A stretch of 64,000 nucleotides of DNA from an uncultured delta proteobacterium. Lineage in GTDB: Bacteria > Desulfobacterota > Syntrophia > Syntrophales > UBA2185. The notes beneath the pieces are model-generated. The model was not told where the DNA came from. It ran no database searches and was given only the letters and a program-made list of their open reading frames with translations. The DNA lies in NCBI GenBank assembly GCA_963705275.1, contig OY970063.1, positions 412,438-476,437 of the forward strand. The letters run 5' to 3'. Position numbers and translations under genes: made by a program. Each line of letters begins with the position of its first letter. Within the stretch, counting starts at the first letter, position 1. Positions 62,307 through 64,000 of the stretch are shown here, in pieces.

Positions 62307-63145
62307 TCAGCAAATTATCACCTGCAAAAGTTAATCTCCACCTCCGCGTACTTGGGAAGCGTGTAGATGGCTTTCACGACATCTCAACATTGATGCAAAG
62401 GATTAGTCTTTATGATGAAATGATGTTCTCCCCGGCTGCCCACGGTATCACCTTGAGTTGCCCCGGCAGCTCCATCCCGGAAAACGATGATAACATCGTG
62501 TACAGAGCGGCAGATGCCCTCCTTGCTCCCCTGTCACATTCTCCAGGCATACATATCACCATTAAGAAAAGGATTCCGGTGGCCGCGGGGCTCGGCGGAG
62601 GGAGTTCGAATGCAGCGACAACCCTCCTCACCATAAACGATTTGATGGATTTTCACTATACCACTGATGATCTGATGAAAATAGGGACGAGGCTGGGCGC
62701 GGATGTCCCTTTTTTTATTTTCGAGAAGACAGCCTGGGCATCAGGTATCGGTGATCGGCTGCGATATGCCGAGAACATTCCTCCCCTGTGGTTTGTCCTG
62801 ATTAATCCCGGCTTTGAAGTCTCCACAAGAATGGTTTATGAAGGTCTCAATTTAAGATTGACAAAACGAGTTGTAAATTATAAATGTCCAGTGCTTTATA
62901 CTGTAGATGACATAGTTAAAGGACTCCACAACGATCTCGAAGGGGTCGCTCTGGTCATTCATCCCATTCTGCGGTATTTCAAGAGTCTTTTAGTGCAAAA
63001 TGGTGCTCTTGGCGCTTTAATGTCTGGTAGTGGTCCAACGGTTATGGGGATTTACACAGATGAAGAAGGCGCTACAAAAGCTGAAAAGGCCTTGGAGAAA
63101 GCGGGAGGTAACGAATGGTCTATATACAGGGCTCATTCCATATGA
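62303..63145 (+). CDS. ispE: 4-diphosphocytidyl-2-C-methyl-D-erythritol kinase
   Basis: PAKVNLHLRV N-terminus and GHMP motif PVAAGLGGGSSNAA. Confidence 0.95.
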   Translation: MISKLSPAKVNLHLRVLGKRVDGFHDISTLMQRISLYDEMMFSPAAHGITLSCPGSSIPENDDNIVYRAADALLAPLSHSPGIHITIKKRIPVAAGLGGGSSNAATTLLTINDLMDFHYTTDDLMKIGTRLGADVPFFIFEKTAWASGIGDRLRYAENIPPLWFVLINPGFEVSTRMVYEGLNLRLTKRVVNYKCPVLYTVDDIVKGLHNDLEGVALVIHPILRYFKSLLVQNGALGALMSGSGPTVMGIYTDEEGATKAEKALEKAGGNEWSIYRAHSI

Positions 63146-63210
63146 CGGGCATCCATCATGCCTATCATCATAGTCTACCCTGGTGCCTGTACTGCTCTCT
63201 CATTCAATGA

Positions 63211-63285
63211 TGGGGCGTCGTCAAGCGGTAAGACACAAGATTTTGGTTCTTGCATACGGAGGTTCGAATCCTCCCGCCCCAGCCA
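63211..63285 (+). tRNA. tRNA-Gln (anticodon TTG), CCA encoded
   Basis: TGGGGCG acceptor, anticodon arm CAAGA-TTTTGGT-TCTTG, T arm GGAGG-TTCGAAT-CCTCC, and closing ...CGCCCCAGCCA. Confidence 0.92.
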
Positions 63286-63315
63286 CATATAATTACTTTT
63301 TTTGAAGGGATTTAC

Positions 63316-64000
63316 ATGCTTGATAGAATGAGAATATTCTCCGGCAATGCGAACTTGCCTCTTGCCCACAAGGTCTGCGAAAACCTGGGTGTATCGCTCG
63401 GCAAGGCCAATGTGACGACATTCAGCGATGGTGAGACGAGGGTGGAAATCAATGAAAACGTACGTGGTATGGATGCTTTCATTATTCAATCGACGTGTCC
63501 GCCCGTAAATATCACCTGCATGGAACTCCTCATCATGATCGATGCCATGAAGAGAGCTTCGGCAGACAGGATTACAGCTGTAATACCATACTACGGCTAT
63601 GCGAGGCAGGATAGAAAGGTGGCCCCGAGGGCACCAATTTCAGCAAAGCTTGTGGCAGATCTCATCACAGCGGCAGGCGCCTCGCGTGTCCTTTCCATAG
63701 ACCTCCATGCCGGTCAGATCCAGGGTTTCTTTAATATCCCTGTTGACAATCTGTTCGCCACCCCCGTTCTCCTGGATTACATCAGAAGAAACTATCAGGG
63801 CAATATTGTCATCGTATCTCCTGATACTGGGGGCGTGGAAAGAGCGAGGGCGTTCGGCAAGCGGTTGGATGTAAATATTGCCATCGTGGATAAGAGGAGG
63901 GAAGGCCCCAATGAATCAGCGGTCATGAATATCATCGGTGACGTGAAGGGCGCAAGGGTGATCGTCCTTGACGATATGATTGATACAGCAGGAACCATAA
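63316..64000 (+). CDS. prs: Ribose-phosphate pyrophosphokinase, 5' part (runs off the right edge)
   Basis: My translation from the ATG at 63316 reads [25 protein letters not shown]...[10 protein letters not shown]...[11 protein letters not shown]...[11 protein letters not shown]. It is absent from the ORF track because there is no stop in the window. Confidence 0.92.
   Translation, partial: MLDRMRIFSGNANLPLAHKVCENLGVSLGKANVTTFSDGETRVEINENVRGMDAFIIQSTCPPVNITCMELLIMIDAMKRASADRITAVIPYYGYARQDRKVAPRAPISAKLVADLITAAGASRVLSIDLHAGQIQGFFNIPVDNLFATPVLLDYIRRNYQGNIVIVSPDTGGVERARAFGKRLDVNIAIVDKRREGPNESAVMNIIGDVKGARVIVLDDMIDTAGTI

Noticed and set aside
63175-63489. 104-aa minus-strand ORF
   Set aside because: It overlaps the complete tRNA-Gln gene and the 5' end of prs, both of which are strongly supported.

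Overview
The window is a 64-kb chromosomal segment of a Gram-negative bacterium. Gene content and order suggest an anaerobic Desulfobacterota ('deltaproteobacterial') lineage; that is my inference, made without any database search. All calls come from reading the supplied translations and the DNA by eye. About 90% of the window is tightly packed housekeeping sequence. Left to right: rpsB (edge), argJ, secA, an EF-G paralogue, ligA, and a cold-shock/RNA-binding trio. Then adk, an SPFH/NfeD pair, coaBC, and a complete kdsA-kdsC-lptC-lptA-lptB-rpoN-hpf-ptsN-hprK-rapZ block. Then xerD, metF, rpsF-rpsR-DUF2232-rplI-dnaB, a heat-shock cluster (rpoH, clpB, htpX), and ispE-tRNA-Gln-prs (edge). The best candidate for an uncharacterised system is the operon at 38.7-45.3 kb. 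It has five small signalling-type genes (DRTGG, RsbW-like GHKL kinase, DRTGG, PHP phosphoesterase, stand-alone HATPase_c). These are followed by NuoE, a 2Fe-2S ferredoxin and a 1020-aa NuoF::GltD fusion, with no hydrogenase or formate dehydrogenase subunit. A hybrid PAS sensor kinase lies divergently next to it and carries a near-perfect 378-bp tandem PAS duplication. Other observations are a 2.8-kb low-GC orphan islet directly after a tRNA-Arg(CCG), and a G3:U70 pair in that tRNA. There is also a second low-GC patch around an orphan lipoprotein gene, a terminator inside the cspA leader, and frameshifts that break hprK and an aminotransferase gene. I found no CRISPR array, rRNA, transposase, phage gene or recognisable defence system.
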